Shown in pieces: positions 61,522-64,000 of a stretch of DNA of 64,000 nucleotides (positions are counted from its first letter, which is position 1; each line of letters begins with the position of its first letter). The DNA is from Candidatus Bathyarchaeota archaeon (lineage in GTDB: Archaea > Thermoproteota > Bathyarchaeia > 40CM-2-53-6). Below the pieces are notes generated by a model. It was not told the DNA's origin, ran no database searches, and was given only the letters and a program-made list of their open reading frames with translations. The translations under genes and the position numbers were made by a program. The stretch spans positions 768,001 to 832,000 of the forward strand of contig CAVTBR010000001.1 in the NCBI GenBank assembly GCA_963733055.1, in the 5' to 3' direction.

Positions 61522-62511
61522 CTAATTCTCGAGGCCCGAGAGCTTTCGAATGTCCTTACCCACTTTTTCGATGGAGTGGTTCGATAACTCCGTTAACATC
61601 TCGTCTAGCTCCTGGGCGCTTTTTTCTCGGTCCCCGGTCCATGTCTTGGCGAAAGCTCCCGATCGAATTTCCTTCAGAATCGCTGTCATGTTGTCTCGAA
61701 CTTTTTTGTCTACGACTTTGGGTCCTACCGTCAGGCCTCCGAATTTGGCAGTGTCCGATATTCGTCGGAGCATTCCTACGAAGCCGTACTGGTAGACTAG
61801 ATCCATTATGAGTTTCATTTCATTGCAGGTTTCGTAATAGGCGAGTTCTGGGGCGTACCCAGCGCCGACCAGGGTTTCGTATCCGTTGATGATAAGTCGC
61901 ATTAATCCTCCCACGAGGACTGCTTGCTCACCGAAGAGGTCGGTTTCGGTTTCATCCTTGAATGTTGTTTCGATCACGCCCGCCCTAGACGCACCGATCC
62001 CTTTACACATCGCGAGAACAAAATCACGGGCCCGTCCTGATGGGTTCTGGTAAACAGCGAAAAGAGCGGGTACACCAAAGCCGGTTACGTAGAGTTCACG
62101 TAATCTCTGGCCAGGGCTTTTGGGAGCGACCATTATTACGTCTACATTCTTGGGGGGGACAATGTCGCCAAAGTGAATGTTGTAGCCATGTGAGAAACTG
62201 AGTGTTTTGCCAGCTTTTAGATTCGGCTCAATTTCTGCTTTGAAAACAGCTGGCTGCTGTGGGTCAGGAATCAAGACCAAGATGGTGTCGGCTTTGGCAG
62301 ATGCATCCGTGACGGTTACCGGTTGGAAGCCGTCACTCTCTGCCAACTTCCATGATTTGCCGTCCTTGCGTAGACCCAAAAAGACTTCGGCACCCGAATC
62401 CCGCAGGTTTAGTGCCTGGGCTCGGCCTTGGCTCCCGTAGCCGATAACGCCGATCTTCGCTCCAACTATAGGGGAAACGTCGATTTCTTTATCGTAGTAT
62501 ACTTTCACCAT
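61522..62511 (-). CDS. ilvC: Ketol-acid reductoisomerase
   Basis: GYGSQGRAQALNLRDSG, APKSPG, ETDLFGEQ, SDTAKFG. Confidence 0.97.
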   Translation of the reverse strand: MVKVYYDKEIDVSPIVGAKIGVIGYGSQGRAQALNLRDSGAEVFLGLRKDGKSWKLAESDGFQPVTVTDASAKADTILVLIPDPQQPAVFKAEIEPNLKAGKTLSFSHGYNIHFGDIVPPKNVDVIMVAPKSPGQRLRELYVTGFGVPALFAVYQNPSGRARDFVLAMCKGIGASRAGVIETTFKDETETDLFGEQAVLVGGLMRLIINGYETLVGAGYAPELAYYETCNEMKLIMDLVYQYGFVGMLRRISDTAKFGGLTVGPKVVDKKVRDNMTAILKEIRSGAFAKTWTGDREKSAQELDEMLTELSNHSIEKVGKDIRKLSGLEN

Positions 62512-62512
62512 T

Positions 62513-63025
62513 TCAAGTCACTCTCTGAGTTATCATTTCGCGAGCGAGCGCTGCTGCACCTGTCCGGGCCACTTTCTTGAGTCCGAAGTTTCGGGCAAGG
62601 TTTACGAAAGCGTTGACCTTGTCGGAGTCACCTGAAACCTCAACCGTCAAAGTGTCTGAGGAAATATCGACGATATCCCCCCGGAAAGTTTCAATAAAGT
62701 TCATGACCTCGGGCCTTGTCACCGGTGCCCCAGGCGAGAATTTGACGAGCGCCAGTTCACGAACAGTCGCATTTCTCTCCTCGAGGGTTTCGACGTTTCT
62801 AACATCGATAAGGCCGTCAATGGTCTTCATCACCTGGTCGAATCTGGCGTAGTCTGAGAACATCGTGAAGGTCATTCTTGCCACTCCAGGTATCTCGGCT
62901 GGGCCCACGGCTATGCTTTCAATGTTGAATGACTTTCTGCGAATCAGGTTGGAGATACGGTAGAGAACGCCTGGCCTGTTCTCAACTAAGGCTGATATGA
63001 TTCGTAGTTGCGAATCGTTATTCAT
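62513..63025 (-). CDS. ilvH: Acetolactate synthase small subunit
   Basis: LVENRPGVL.RI..L...FNIESI, RELALVK, VARTG. Confidence 0.93.
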   Translation of the reverse strand: MNNDSQLRIISALVENRPGVLYRISNLIRRKSFNIESIAVGPAEIPGVARMTFTMFSDYARFDQVMKTIDGLIDVRNVETLEERNATVRELALVKFSPGAPVTRPEVMNFIETFRGDIVDISSDTLTVEVSGDSDKVNAFVNLARNFGLKKVARTGAAALAREMITQRVT

Positions 63026-64000
63026 CCTACAATCATCTCTTTGATTCCAGCTCCGGGCGGCAGCATTGGCAGAACGTTCTCCTCCGGTGAGATTGGGACA
63101 TCGATAACAGTCGTAACTGGAGACCGCATTGCCGTATCGATGGCAGTTTCAAGATCCAGCAGGGTTTCTACTCGAATCCCTTCAGCCCCGTATGATTGAG
63201 CTAGTTTCACGAAGTCCGGTGACTTGCCGAGGTTGGTAGCTGAATATCGTCGATTGTAAAAGAACCGTTGCCACTGAGCCACCATACCAAGCATACGATT
63301 ATTCAGAATAATCACCGTGACAGGAATTTGCTCCTCGATACTCGTAGCGAGCGAGTTTTCCGTCATCTGGAAACTTCCGTCACCGGCAATGTCGAAGACA
63401 GGAAGATCCGGCCTAGCAACCTTGGCGCCTAGCGCTGCGGGAAACCCAAAACCCATTGTGCCCAGTCCACCTGAGCTGAAGAACGTTCTCGGTTCGATCA
63501 CTTGAAAATACTGCTCGCACCACATCTGATGTTGGCCGACCTCGGTCGTTACAATAGCTTCCTTTGGGAGAAATCTGCGTAACATCCTAATTGTTTCGGC
63601 TCCGCTTAGGCACGAGCCGTTTCCATCAAGCTCGGTCTTCGCCATCACCACCACTTCTTGAGCGCGTTTGACCCAAGCATCGCGCTCCCCGCGCAGTGCC
63701 CCCGCTTCGATTTCGCGGATCAGAGCCTGCAAAGCCTTCTTCGCGTCAGCGACCAAGCTGATTACTGTAAGCTTGTGATTCTTTCCGACCTCGGACTTGT
63801 CTGCGTCAATGTGAATGACCTTGGTGTTCGGTGCGAATTTCTCGATCTTACCGGTTGTCCTGTCGGAGAGCCGCGAGCCTATCACTAACAACACATCGCA
63901 TTCGGGGATGAGTTTGTTCGTGCGCTCGGACCCATGCATACCCATGCAGCCGAGTGAGAGAGGATGGTTCTCTGGAAACGCCCCCTTTCCCATGAAAGAG
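63022..64000 (-). CDS. ilvB: Acetolactate synthase large subunit (5' part outside the window)
   Basis: MGKG, GMHG, SDRTTG, VGQHQMW, SGGLGTMGFG, GDGSFQM, GMVAQWQ. Confidence 0.96.
   Translation of the reverse strand, partial: SFMGKGAFPENHPLSLGCMGMHGSERTNKLIPECDVLLVIGSRLSDRTTGKIEKFAPNTKVIHIDADKSEVGKNHKLTVISLVADAKKALQALIREIEAGALRGERDAWVKRAQEVVVMAKTELDGNGSCLSGAETIRMLRRFLPKEAIVTTEVGQHQMWCEQYFQVIEPRTFFSSGGLGTMGFGFPAALGAKVARPDLPVFDIAGDGSFQMTENSLATSIEEQIPVTVIILNNRMLGMVAQWQRFFYNRRYSATNLGKSPDFVKLAQSYGAEGIRVETLLDLETAIDTAMRSPVTTVIDVPISPEENVLPMLPPGAGIKEMIVG

Noticed and set aside
346-63888. Many short ORF-track entries antisense to or overlapping identified genes
   Set aside because: Shadow ORFs with no recognisable motifs.

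Overview
Archaeal chromosomal DNA, TACK-like (PolD large subunit, Cdc6/Orc1, Elf1, Sec61-beta, ZPR1, PAC2); Bathyarchaeia or a deep Nitrososphaeria lineage is my inference. Contents in order: a de novo purine operon (purM,E,N,D,F,L,Q,S,C plus purH); cdc6 beside an ORB-containing replication origin; three uncharacterised origin-adjacent genes and an array of GTGAYRTCAC palindromes; elf1-polC; cofD/cofC; glyA; a peptide ABC transporter; an accessory zone (~34-51 kb) with two toxin-antitoxin pairs, tRNA 3'-end scars, a split 2-oxoacid dehydrogenase/lipoate cluster and oxalate decarboxylase; pheA, proC and an ilv/leu operon. Top finding: glyA is interrupted inside its conserved YAEG motif by a 30-nt, stop-containing insert that folds as a relaxed bulge-helix-bulge, i.e. 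a candidate tRNA-endonuclease-type intron in a metabolic protein-coding gene. Second: a possible origin-tethering or segregation module next to oriC. About seven single-base frameshifts in short homopolymers are treated as probable sequencing errors. All family calls are by motif recognition only; no searches were run.
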